Source: a virus (Duplodnaviria; Caudoviricetes). Taken from it: a stretch of 64,000 nt of DNA. A program made the position numbers and the translations under genes. The notes under the pieces are model-generated. The model had not been told where the DNA came from. It saw only the letters and a program-made list of their open reading frames with translations, and ran no database searches. This document shows, piece after piece, positions 8,278 through 17,519 of this stretch; the stretch's first letter is position 1, and every line of letters starts with the position of its first letter. The stretch lies in the IMG/VR virus record IMGVR_UViG_3300025120_010521; one strand, given 5' to 3'.

Positions 8278-8448
8278 TTAGTACTTTACTTTCTGCTCTA
8301 AATGTCTTATTTCCCAGCCTCTGCCTTTTTCTTTTTTTTGCAGGTCAACCCAAACATTTTGAGTATCCAGTTTTTGATATATAGAATTTAGTTTAGTTAT
8401 GTTTTCTTTAAAATTCTTTACCAATTCAATAACTTTTGGATCTTTCAT
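8278..8448 (-). CDS. Hypothetical protein (56 aa), not in ORF track
   Basis: MKDPKVIELVKNFKENITKLNSIYQKLDTQNVWVDLQKKEKGRGWEIRHLEQKVKY; AAAGGT SD. Confidence 0.55.
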   Translation of the reverse strand: MKDPKVIELVKNFKENITKLNSIYQKLDTQNVWVDLQKKEKGRGWEIRHLEQKVKY

Positions 8449-8511
8449 AATTATTACCTTTCAATAAATACTATAATATTGTAATATGATACAATAGTCA
8501 AGAGAAATTAT

Positions 8512-9672
8512 ATGAAAAAAGCAAATGTTCCAAACTCTACGTATTTCTGCACCCTACCTTTTAGTGGTGCACAAATCAACGAATTTGGTGTAGTTACACC
8601 TTGTTGTAATTGGGATTTTAATGATCGAAAAGGTTGGCCAAAATTGGAAGATGGTGGATTAGAAAAAGCAGTACAGCATCCTCGATTTCAAGAAGTACGT
8701 AATAACATGCTAGAACAAAAACCTACTTCTGGATGTAGAAAATGCTTTGATAACGAACGTGCTAAAAGTCAAAGTTTTAGACTGTGGACTCTTGAACGTG
8801 ATAAAGAGTGGATTAAAGAATCACAACAAAGAAACCTATTTGATAAAGATTTTTTTGAAATGCGTTATCTAGATAGTGTTTTTAGTATTTTATGTAATTT
8901 AAGTTGTAGAATGTGTAGCTCTAGTGTTAGTAGTACATATAGTAAAATTGTAGAGCCACATAAAAAAGTTTTAAAAACTCCACAATTGGATTTATATGAT
9001 ATTGACTTTTCTAAACTATCTTATTTAAAATTTGTAGGTGGAGAACCATTAATGGAACCAAAGCATGATCAATTTATAGAAAAGATTACACAAGAAGATG
9101 TTGATATTCCTAACCTATCATTAATATATCATACAAATGCAACTATGTTACCAAACAAAAAAGTTCAGGCTGTTTGGAAAAAATGTAAGTCTATACAAAT
9201 AAATTTAAGTATTGACGGGTATGGCGATATTAATTGGAAACAACGTCCAGGTCCATACACATGGCAAGATGTTGAAAAAGTATGTAAACAATATCGATTA
9301 TGGGCAAGAGAATGGAAGAACATTAAAATACGTGTTAGTTCAGTTATAACAAAAATAAATGTTTTTCATCTACACGAATTAGAACAATGGGCAGATACAT
9401 TTTGGGATAAAGATATGCATGATAAAGATCATTCATTATTTGAGGCTCATTGTATTGAACACCCTGGAGAGTTATCTATTTGTGATTGGCATGATAACTT
9501 AGAAAGAAAAACCCAAATAAAAAAATATTTACAAAATATAAAAAGACCGTACTTAAGAGATCATATTCTATATTGGTTAGAAAATGTTTCTTCAAAAACT
9601 GCATTTGATTATAACATTAAATCTAAAAGGCTTGACAAGTACTGGAAATACGATATTGACAAGTATCTATAA
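8512..9672 (+). CDS. Radical SAM protein with N-terminal twitch/SPASM-like Cys domain
   Basis: FCTLPF...PCCNW...CRKC; CNLSCRMC; FVGGEP. Confidence 0.85.
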   Translation: MKKANVPNSTYFCTLPFSGAQINEFGVVTPCCNWDFNDRKGWPKLEDGGLEKAVQHPRFQEVRNNMLEQKPTSGCRKCFDNERAKSQSFRLWTLERDKEWIKESQQRNLFDKDFFEMRYLDSVFSILCNLSCRMCSSSVSSTYSKIVEPHKKVLKTPQLDLYDIDFSKLSYLKFVGGEPLMEPKHDQFIEKITQEDVDIPNLSLIYHTNATMLPNKKVQAVWKKCKSIQINLSIDGYGDINWKQRPGPYTWQDVEKVCKQYRLWAREWKNIKIRVSSVITKINVFHLHELEQWADTFWDKDMHDKDHSLFEAHCIEHPGELSICDWHDNLERKTQIKKYLQNIKRPYLRDHILYWLENVSSKTAFDYNIKSKRLDKYWKYDIDKYL

Positions 9673-9684
9673 TAGGATTATAAT
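9656..9684 (+). promoter_or_regulatory. Perfect consensus sigma70 promoter
   Basis: TTGACA(9656-9661)-17 nt-TATAAT(9679-9684); ATG at 9693. Confidence 0.75.
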
Positions 9685-9692
9685 ATTAGTAT

Positions 9693-10742
9693 ATGGATTT
9701 AGAAAAAATAAAACAGTATGAAATAGAAATAACATCTAAGTGTAATGCTAGATGTCCTGGATGTTCACGTACTCATAATGGAGATACACACCCTGACTTA
9801 AAGATGTTAGAAATTTCGTTGTCACAATTTAAACATATATTTCCACCAAACACAATTAAAGATAGAGCATTTGGTTTTTCTGGAGTATATGGTGATCCAG
9901 GAATGGCTAAAGATATAATTTTAATTTGCAAATATATTTTAGAAAATAATCCTTCTAAAGTTTGGTTAGATACAAATGGTGGTATGCAAACAGAAAAGTT
10001 TTGGCATGATTTATCTCAGTTAAGTTTTAAATACAATCACAAACTTGTTGTTGGTTTTAATATAGATGGCTACAAGGATACAAATCATATGTATCGTGTT
10101 AATGTTATTTGGGATAAACTTATAAAAAATATTACAGCATATTCAAAAGGGCAAGGCAGAGCGACATGGTCTTATATTGAGTTTGATCATAATACTAGTG
10201 ATATAGATAATGCAAGACAACTAGCAAAAGAGCTAGGATTTAATTTTAGAGTAAGGAGATCTTCAAGAAATCAAATTAAGGCTCCATGGAAAACTAATAA
10301 AACAACTATTACAACTAATAAAAAAGAAATTCAACATTCACAAGCTCAAGTTAAATTTAATGTAACTAAGAAAATAGAATCAGAAACAGTAAAGAATACA
10401 AAATTTAAAGATATCAGTTGCAGATTAATACATGAGCAAAGAGCTTACATATCACATGACATGAAATTATGGCCTTGTTGTTGGATTGGTGATATGTATC
10501 ATGATTCTATAAGACCGAGTGTACAAAAACAAGGCAGAGATAAGTTGTTTGAAATTGAAGAACAATATGGAAAAAACTGGAATGATCTAAGACATAACTC
10601 AATTGATAATATACTAGGTCACGAATACTATGATTCTGTATTAGAAGACTCGTGGGATACTGATCATAATTTATATATTAAAAGATGTGTGATAGAATGT
10701 GGCGGGCACGGCTCTAGAGCAAAAGTAGAATATCAAAAATAA
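9693..10742 (+). CDS. Radical SAM protein (paralog of 188-1396 and 39614-40612)
   Basis: EITSKCNARCPGCSRT, GVYGDP, C-terminal PCCWIG...CVIEC. Confidence 0.85.
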   Translation: MDLEKIKQYEIEITSKCNARCPGCSRTHNGDTHPDLKMLEISLSQFKHIFPPNTIKDRAFGFSGVYGDPGMAKDIILICKYILENNPSKVWLDTNGGMQTEKFWHDLSQLSFKYNHKLVVGFNIDGYKDTNHMYRVNVIWDKLIKNITAYSKGQGRATWSYIEFDHNTSDIDNARQLAKELGFNFRVRRSSRNQIKAPWKTNKTTITTNKKEIQHSQAQVKFNVTKKIESETVKNTKFKDISCRLIHEQRAYISHDMKLWPCCWIGDMYHDSIRPSVQKQGRDKLFEIEEQYGKNWNDLRHNSIDNILGHEYYDSVLEDSWDTDHNLYIKRCVIECGGHGSRAKVEYQK

Positions 10743-10743
10743 C

Positions 10744-10944
10744 TTAAGATTTTTTTTTAAAAGTATCTGATGTTAATCCAGCTTTAGCAAATGCCTCAGC
10801 AAAGGCGTTATTAATCATTGGTGCTTCTTTAGTTTTAAATGCTTGTGGCTGAACGTTTCTAACAGGTTTTTTCTTCTGCTTTGGTTTGGTTATTTTTTTA
10901 GTAGGTGTAATATCACCTATAATGTATGTTTGCTTTTTTTTCAT
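10744..10944 (-). CDS. Hypothetical basic protein
   Basis: 66-aa ORF ending AFAEAFAKAGL. Confidence 0.55.
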   Translation of the reverse strand: MKKKQTYIIGDITPTKKITKPKQKKKPVRNVQPQAFKTKEAPMINNAFAEAFAKAGLTSDTFKKKS

Positions 10945-10989
10945 AGACTGCTCAATCTTACTTTGTATTTATATAGATATCTGTATTTA

Positions 10990-11232
10990 CTACCTATAAT
11001 CGTCTTTATTGATCTTTCCTGCTTGTTCTTTTAAGTATAACCACCAATCAATAAACAATAGTTGCATCACAGTACCTAAAGGTGTTAGCAGATATCCAAA
11101 TAAAAATGGAAGGCCTATTAGAAAGAATACAATTGTTAATAGATATTTTAAAGGATTATCTGGTTGCCATCGACTCCACTTTGGAGGATCATATGGATCT
11201 TTATTTCTATAGTCGTTAAATTCATAATTCAT
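10990..11232 (-). CDS. Hypothetical membrane protein
   Basis: Two hydrophobic segments. Confidence 0.6.
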   Translation of the reverse strand: MNYEFNDYRNKDPYDPPKWSRWQPDNPLKYLLTIVFFLIGLPFLFGYLLTPLGTVMQLLFIDWWLYLKEQAGKINKDDYR

Positions 11233-11338
11233 CTAAATTCCAATATTAAATATTAATAAGGTTATTATAATAATACTTATAGTAACTACATAAATCCAAG
11301 CATCAGATAAGAGATCTTTTAATGCTTCTTTAATGAAA

Positions 11339-11626
11339 TTACTTATCTTCATACTTGTGAAGATCTTCAAGAACACCCAAAGCCATAGCAGATGTCATTC
11401 TCAATGTTTGAGATGTTTTGCCAATCCTTTTTAGATGTGCTTTGGCAGTATCATTGTATTTGATACCATAATGGTTTTTGACATATTTGGCAAACTCAAG
11501 TATTTCTCCTTCAAGTTCTTCCAACCACCAAACTTTCATGTCAAGTTTTGATGCAACAGAATGTTTAACGTATGCTGGATCTAATTTAATATGATCGTCT
11601 TTTTTAGTTATACGTTTCCTCGCCAT
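11339..11626 (-). CDS. Hypothetical protein
   Basis: 95-aa ORF in a contiguous operon. Confidence 0.6.
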   Translation of the reverse strand: MARKRITKKDDHIKLDPAYVKHSVASKLDMKVWWLEELEGEILEFAKYVKNHYGIKYNDTAKAHLKRIGKTSQTLRMTSAMALGVLEDLHKYEDK

Positions 11627-11907
11627 TTGCCATACCTTTCTCTTTTAACTTTTTTTTTAACTTTTTTCTTTTTAGTTATAATACGAGATACCCACCATCT
11701 GTCTAATAGATAGTACCAAACTGAATTAACCAAAGGTTCAACTATTGCATCTGTGATTGCTACCCAAAGCTCTATGCCTGGATCTAATAGTTTTAATATT
11801 GTGGCCGCAATTATAAAATGGCCAATAGTGAATATTATTGTTCTAGTTAATGACCCTTTTGCTTGTTTATCAAATAGTTGTTTTATTTTTATTTTCATTT
11901 TTATCAT
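11608..11907 (-). CDS. DUF2061-like membrane protein
   Basis: SLTRTIIFTIGHFIIA...EPLVNSVWYYLLDRWW. Confidence 0.6.
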   Translation of the reverse strand: MIKMKIKIKQLFDKQAKGSLTRTIIFTIGHFIIAATILKLLDPGIELWVAITDAIVEPLVNSVWYYLLDRWWVSRIITKKKKVKKKVKRERYGKWRGNV

Positions 11908-12054
11908 TTATTTTATTTTATTTTTTTCTTTCCATTAACCATACAATTATAGGTAATGAAAATGCCATTATTAAATAAATTTCTAAAGTAGTTAGATCCA
12001 TTCCGCATTGCAGTATGCATTCTCCCCACCAAGTGTTTATTGCATCAATCAATG

Positions 12055-12330
12055 TTAACCTACAGGTTCAAGTTTGCCGTTTTTATCTGTAAACCAAGTA
12101 TATCCAGCGATTTTGGCCTGTTTATCATAACCTTTAAGATTATAAGCAAAAAGTAATTCAGGTTGATGCGTATTTCTAATCAATCCGTATCTTGACTGTC
12201 TATTACCTTCTAGGATATAACTTGCTTGTTTAGTAGTAGGATCTTGTACTAATTCTACCTTAAACTTGTGTTTACCAATCTGAACTTCAGTGCTTTTTAG
12301 TAAATCACTATGTTGTTTAACGTCACTCAT
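12055..12330 (-). CDS. Hypothetical early protein
   Basis: GAGGT SD; downstream of a conserved early promoter. Confidence 0.7.
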   Translation of the reverse strand: MSDVKQHSDLLKSTEVQIGKHKFKVELVQDPTTKQASYILEGNRQSRYGLIRNTHQPELLFAYNLKGYDKQAKIAGYTWFTDKNGKLEPVG

Positions 12331-12365
12331 TTATTTTACCTCGTTTATTAGTTATATATTTCTAT

Positions 12366-12393
12366 AGTATAGCACAATATAGATATCTGTCAA
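12366..12393 (-). promoter_or_regulatory. Conserved early promoter, copy 1
   Basis: TTGACA-GATATCTATATTGTGC-TATACT. Confidence 0.7.
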
Positions 12394-12517
12394 GTGAAAA
12401 GATACCTATCTATCTTGTTTTTCTGTAAATAAAATCCTATATTTTTCAATAAAATACACTATAATAGATAAATAACATTGTATATACTAAAAACAAATAC
12501 ACATAGGAGAGCTCATT

Positions 12518-12790
12518 ATGTTAATATCTTGGAAAACAAACGGTTCTGCAGATGCAGTAGATACTATGAGAGGTCGTTTAGAAAATAACGATTTCACAGA
12601 CTATATTACTTGGGCATCAGTTAACGGCAGAGTCAATTTCAAATATGAGATGGTTGGTGATGATCTTGTTATCAGTGAAGAATGGAATTGTGATAGAGCG
12701 GCATACGACGCACTAAACATTGACCAAACTGACGGCGAAGGCAACGCATTACCAATGGTAGAAACTACTGACCATTTATCATTCGATTAA
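12518..12790 (+). CDS. Hypothetical acidic protein (90 aa), late-type promoter
   Basis: GATAAATA upstream, AGGAGAG SD, own terminator; convergent on the enzyme cluster. Confidence 0.75.
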   Translation: MLISWKTNGSADAVDTMRGRLENNDFTDYITWASVNGRVNFKYEMVGDDLVISEEWNCDRAAYDALNIDQTDGEGNALPMVETTDHLSFD

Positions 12791-12802
12791 TAATTAATTA
12801 TT

Positions 12803-12837
12803 AAGGCTCACTGTTGGACAAACAATGGTGAGCTTTT
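12803..12837. terminator. Bidirectional terminator
   Basis: AAGGCTCAC-TGTTGGACAAACAATG-GTGAGCTTT. Confidence 0.6.
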
Positions 12838-13410
12838 ATAATACTCATACACATCATTTATAGTCATACCATAATCAAAGTCAAGTTGAAACCCATAACG
12901 TGTCATTGTGTCGCCGCCTTTAGCACTGTGTAATTGTCCTGTGTTTACTACTACCGGGTGGTTGTAATACAGTGTTTTTGTATGTTCTCTTTTATTATTA
13001 TACCAACTAATAGAACCACCTGCAGGTTTAAATTCTACAAGTAAAGCTACCATTCGTTGTACATCTCGATGAATATTTAAAAACCAACCAGGAGACATCT
13101 TTGTGTATTGTTTTCTAACAATAAGACTTGTAGGCATATTTAAAACTTTACAAGTGTCTTCTACTATCTTTTCAATTAATGGACTACCATTAAAATCTGC
13201 TCCATGGTCAACATCTTGATAGTATACCCATTCATGATCGTTTTTATCTTCTTTAATACCTTCTTCATAAGTTACTTGGTGTCCTGCATAGGCTACATCA
13301 ACTTTTTGAAACTTATCTTTTAATTGGTCAATAGCATCAATGTTTGATTTATTATCTATTTTTAATTGTGGTAGTTCAAAGTACTCAAAGTGATTCATGT
13401 TTATCTCCAA
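12808..13410 (-). CDS. Putative 2OG-Fe(II)/cupin oxygenase
   Basis: LNIHRD...NTGQLHSAKG...RYGFQ (HxD...H...R). Confidence 0.5.
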   Translation of the reverse strand: MEINMNHFEYFELPQLKIDNKSNIDAIDQLKDKFQKVDVAYAGHQVTYEEGIKEDKNDHEWVYYQDVDHGADFNGSPLIEKIVEDTCKVLNMPTSLIVRKQYTKMSPGWFLNIHRDVQRMVALLVEFKPAGGSISWYNNKREHTKTLYYNHPVVVNTGQLHSAKGGDTMTRYGFQLDFDYGMTINDVYEYYKSSPLFVQQ

Positions 13411-14155
13411 ACTCTATTGCATAGTCTTTATATTTGTTCCAACTACGAACTAACGTATCTAAATGTTTATTAGGATCAATAGATCCTGTAGTAGTAATAA
13501 CAAACTTTTGTTGTTCAATTTTTTTAGCACCATGTGGTCTATCTAATTCATTTAATACAAATGTATTTGTGTCCATTGGTAGTTCCATAAATCTATAATC
13601 TTTTTTATCTTGTTGCTCTAAACGTTCTGTCCAAAATAAACTAGGTTCACGTACATCATTAATTAACAATCTGTATCCTGAAGGCTCTAAAGGTCTTAAA
13701 GTACTATGATCAGAAGATGATAAACCTGGCACATCCATATGCAATGGAACATCTCTGCGTTGTCTAATTAGTTCTGCATGATTGCATTGTATTGGTAATT
13801 GTTCTATTAGTTTAATTATTCCGTATAGTTCTTTTGGTAACGCAGGATTAATATTTACTTTTCTTTTTCTAGTTAAACGATTCAACCAACTTTCTCTAAC
13901 TTTATCTGCTTTGCCAAAGTCTTCTTCATCGAGCTGTCCAAGTAAACAAACAATACGCCATAATTCGTGTGGTGCAGTTTCTACATATGGAGCATTTTCT
14001 AAGTTGTTAGCTGAATAAGATTCCGTAACAACATCCGGTGGCCACATGTAGTTTCTATCATGGAATACTTCTAACTCGTCTAAATTAATTTTTTGGTAAG
14101 GCAAGTCGATTGGTAAGTAACATACGTTACGAAAGTCTTTATAGTCCTTCTTCAT
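13385..14155 (-). CDS. Putative 2OG-Fe(II)/cupin oxygenase
   Basis: VPLHMD...FVLNELDRPHGAKK (HxD...H). Confidence 0.45.
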   Translation of the reverse strand: MKKDYKDFRNVCYLPIDLPYQKINLDELEVFHDRNYMWPPDVVTESYSANNLENAPYVETAPHELWRIVCLLGQLDEEDFGKADKVRESWLNRLTRKRKVNINPALPKELYGIIKLIEQLPIQCNHAELIRQRRDVPLHMDVPGLSSSDHSTLRPLEPSGYRLLINDVREPSLFWTERLEQQDKKDYRFMELPMDTNTFVLNELDRPHGAKKIEQQKFVITTTGSIDPNKHLDTLVRSWNKYKDYAIEFGDKHESL

Positions 14156-14897
14156 CCTTATACCTCTTATCTAATAAAAAAGTTTTTATAACCCATCCTG
14201 GAAAATCTATTTCCCACCATTTTTCTTTATTCGTCCAACTCTGTGGTTTTTGATGATGTGTATTGTGTAGTCCACTACCAAGTGTTATTAGATTTACCCA
14301 TGTATTATTTGTACTACCATCAGGTGTATTAAATAATCTATAACCCCATTTATGACACAATACATTAACAGCACCAGCACTATGAAAAGTTATCACTGCT
14401 GGAATTGATATTAAAAATACTGCAATACGCCAATCAACTAAAGCAATGGCTCCATAAGAACATAGTAATAACTTTAAGTAATGTTGATGTATAAATTTAA
14501 TCCATTTATCTTTAATTAAATCTTTTACAAATTTTGTTTCAATTGTAAATGGTTCCCAAAAAGTTGTCCATATTCTCCATGCTGGTTGACCACCATGTGG
14601 ATCTTCTTTAGTTTCAGGAACTGCATGATGCTTTCTGTGTACACCACACCAAGCAATTGGTGATCCAAAACAGTTAAACATACTTAATATGATTAACATT
14701 CTTGATTTCCAATAAGATGTTTCAAAACTTTTATGTGATAGGTATCTATGTAAAGCTATTTCTCCACCGACTTTACCAAACATAATCCAGCCAATAAGAG
14801 ATAGCCATAGCCAGCTTAGATCTGCGTATAATAACCCTACTATAAGCAGTAAGTGGTTAGTTAATAAAATTAGTTTTAATTTATACTCGTAGCTCAT
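14139..14897 (-). CDS. Membrane fatty-acid desaturase (delta-9 type)
   Basis: His boxes HRYLSH, HRKHH, HNTHH; C-terminal WWEID. Confidence 0.9.
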   Translation of the reverse strand: MSYEYKLKLILLTNHLLLIVGLLYADLSWLWLSLIGWIMFGKVGGEIALHRYLSHKSFETSYWKSRMLIILSMFNCFGSPIAWCGVHRKHHAVPETKEDPHGGQPAWRIWTTFWEPFTIETKFVKDLIKDKWIKFIHQHYLKLLLCSYGAIALVDWRIAVFLISIPAVITFHSAGAVNVLCHKWGYRLFNTPDGSTNNTWVNLITLGSGLHNTHHQKPQSWTNKEKWWEIDFPGWVIKTFLLDKRYKDEEGL

Positions 14898-15546
14898 TCT
14901 TTTTTATAACCTGTGTATTGTATTTATTCGCACTTTGCTTTATTAGGTTTTGATGTTCTGATTTAATCACTTTTCCTAGTACAAACCCAACTATACGATC
15001 GTCATCGATACCTTCTTGTACATCAACACCGTGTGGCTGTGTACAATTATTAATTAAAAACGCATCTGTTTCTTCTGGTATTGTACAAAAATGTTTAAGC
15101 TGATTACTCATATCTTGACTATAATCATATTCTTTGCACATATACAAGCTATCACGTGATCCGCTTACTACAAATCTATATCCTATAGGTTCATTTGCTC
15201 GTTGATGATCAAACATTTCTTGAGTAATTGTCATATGATGTGGGTGTGGTGCTTTAACATAATTACCGTCCACATGTGGAGCAACATTCCCTGTTGACCG
15301 TGCTATTCTTACGTAAAATTTATATTCAAATGGAAAGTATGTATCTATCCAATTTAGTAATTCTGGATACTTTTGTTTAGCAGAAGCATTCCATTCCTGC
15401 ATTTCACCAAATGGTTTGGAAAGATCTTTTACCCCTAATAGTGTTTCTTCTTTCCACCATGCAAACTTTTCTCCACCGATGAAATTATCTAGTATCGATT
15501 GTTTGTTTGGAATTGGTGGTATATCTAAAGGAGTGAATACTATCAT
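14881..15546 (-). CDS. Putative 2OG-Fe(II)/cupin oxygenase
   Basis: VAPHVDG...FLINNCTQPHGVD...DRIV. Confidence 0.45.
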   Translation of the reverse strand: MIVFTPLDIPPIPNKQSILDNFIGGEKFAWWKEETLLGVKDLSKPFGEMQEWNASAKQKYPELLNWIDTYFPFEYKFYVRIARSTGNVAPHVDGNYVKAPHPHHMTITQEMFDHQRANEPIGYRFVVSGSRDSLYMCKEYDYSQDMSNQLKHFCTIPEETDAFLINNCTQPHGVDVQEGIDDDRIVGFVLGKVIKSEHQNLIKQSANKYNTQVIKKNELRV

Positions 15547-16304
15547 CTTTGCACAAATGCCTTCTCTACTACAAATTGTCCTGGAATGGATGTGTTACCT
15601 TCCTGCATACCTAAAGACTCAAAATGTTCAATTAAATCTTTGTTAAGACCTTGCGATCCACATATCATAAATCTATCTTCTTTTGTATCTAAACTTTGTC
15701 CAGCAGTCTCAGAAAACAATTTATTATTCTTTATCCATTCAGTAATTCTACCTTTGCGTGGCCAGTCTTGTTGCGTTAGTGTATTGAAATACTTAAAGTT
15801 TCCTAGTGTTAATTCTTTCCATTCTTCATTAAACCAATTAAGAGGCTCATGATATGCTAACTCGTTTTCATACTGTACTGTATGAGTTAAGATAACTTTT
15901 TCAAAACGTTCATATGTCGCAGGATCTTTTATTATTCCTAGAAATGGTGCAAGACCTGTACCTGTTGCAATCAAGTATAAATTACGACCAGGTAATAGGT
16001 AATCAATTACAAGTGTACCTGTTGATCTAGGATTAATTAGTATCTCATCACCTTCTTTAATATGTTGTAGTTTTGATGTTAATGGTCCATCATTTATTTT
16101 AATAGATAGGAATTCTAAATAATCTTCATGATTGGCTGATGCAATTGAGTATGCTCTCATTAATTTTTTACCTTCATGCTCCATACCTATCATTGCAAAC
16201 TCACCGTTATTAAATTTGTTTGGATAGTTTCTTGTAGTTTTAAATGAAAACGTTTTATCGTTCCAGTGTTTAACCCAAGTTACTGTTTCTTTATTAACTG
16301 CCAT
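15543..16304 (-). CDS. fpr: Ferredoxin/flavodoxin-NADP+ reductase
   Basis: RAYSIAS, GPLTSKL, ATGTGLAPF, MICGS, C-terminal VEKAF. Confidence 0.92.
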   Translation of the reverse strand: MAVNKETVTWVKHWNDKTFSFKTTRNYPNKFNNGEFAMIGMEHEGKKLMRAYSIASANHEDYLEFLSIKINDGPLTSKLQHIKEGDEILINPRSTGTLVIDYLLPGRNLYLIATGTGLAPFLGIIKDPATYERFEKVILTHTVQYENELAYHEPLNWFNEEWKELTLGNFKYFNTLTQQDWPRKGRITEWIKNNKLFSETAGQSLDTKEDRFMICGSQGLNKDLIEHFESLGMQEGNTSIPGQFVVEKAFVQR

Positions 16305-17519
16305 TTATACGTTCCTTGTGTTACCATACTCAATTACTGTGCAACCTTCTAACTGTGGACATTGTCTCCACGGGTCAACAATAATTGATCCTTTTGGAAA
16401 ATCATATTTAGAAGTGTCATCTGTACCGTATGTTACGTTTGGATTATGTGCAAGTAGATAAACTGCGTTACCTAAATCTTTTGGTGGCTGATCACCTGTA
16501 TGCTCATCTTTATAATATAATGTTCTACCTGCTTTTTCAATGTAATGTCCAATAAGCAAACTATATGATCCATTAGTGTAAGGCACGTGAGGCTTATATG
16601 CTTTACCTACAATCACAATTGGTAAGTTATACGACATTAATTTTTTAGCAAGATTTTCTGCTTGTATTTCTCTAGCACCCATAATAGCATCAAACAAATC
16701 GTAACCTAAGCCTAGATGGTCTGCCATCCAACGTAATGCAATGTTATCACGTGGGTGACAAGCACCGCCATCGCCCATACCTGCTGTCATATATTTTGGA
16801 CCCATAATACGCATATCAGAATATGCAAGTGCAGATGTTACTACATCAACATTAATATTACCCTGTTTTTCTGCTACGTCTTGAATCATATTTACTAAAC
16901 CAATCTTTGCTGAAATAAAGGTGTTGTAAAAAATTTTAATTGATTCACATTCATCCCAAGTACCAACTACATATCTAGGACTATTCTGCATCATTGGTTT
17001 ATAAAAATCTATAAGCTCTTTTGCATCACCAGTTTTTGATCCATCTTCAGTACCAATCATAATCATTTCTGGATTTACCATATCCCATTTTACTGACCCC
17101 ATTGCAATTAGGTACGGGTTATAAACAAAACGTGCATTTGTAATTAAAGGTTCAAGCTCACGTCTTGTTGTACCTGGTAGTACTGTTGATATAAGAACTA
17201 CTAATTGTTTTTTGTTAACAACCTTATTAACTTCTTTTAAAATATTTTTTACAATTGTATAATCAAAATCTTTTGGCTCTAAGTGTGCTGTTGGTGTTGA
17301 CCCATCATAACGTGGATCATGTGGTGTTGGCGCCGCAATAAAAACAATATCTTTGTCTTTTACTGTTTCAGAAATTGATGTCTTCATTGCAAAATTTTCT
17401 GGTGTTCTTGGTTCTACATCGTAGCCTTCAACCATATATTGTTGTGCCATAACTTCTGCACAGTCTTGTCCTAGTTTACCGCAACCTATCATTGCGACTT
17501 TTGTATTTTTTGGTTTCAT
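16305..17519 (-). CDS. ugd: UDP-glucose/GDP-mannose dehydrogenase family protein
   Basis: IGCGKLG Rossmann motif, STVLPGT, YNPYLI, GDGGACHPRD. Confidence 0.85.
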   Translation of the reverse strand: MKPKNTKVAMIGCGKLGQDCAEVMAQQYMVEGYDVEPRTPENFAMKTSISETVKDKDIVFIAAPTPHDPRYDGSTPTAHLEPKDFDYTIVKNILKEVNKVVNKKQLVVLISTVLPGTTRRELEPLITNARFVYNPYLIAMGSVKWDMVNPEMIMIGTEDGSKTGDAKELIDFYKPMMQNSPRYVVGTWDECESIKIFYNTFISAKIGLVNMIQDVAEKQGNINVDVVTSALAYSDMRIMGPKYMTAGMGDGGACHPRDNIALRWMADHLGLGYDLFDAIMGAREIQAENLAKKLMSYNLPIVIVGKAYKPHVPYTNGSYSLLIGHYIEKAGRTLYYKDEHTGDQPPKDLGNAVYLLAHNPNVTYGTDDTSKYDFPKGSIIVDPWRQCPQLEGCTVIEYGNTRNV

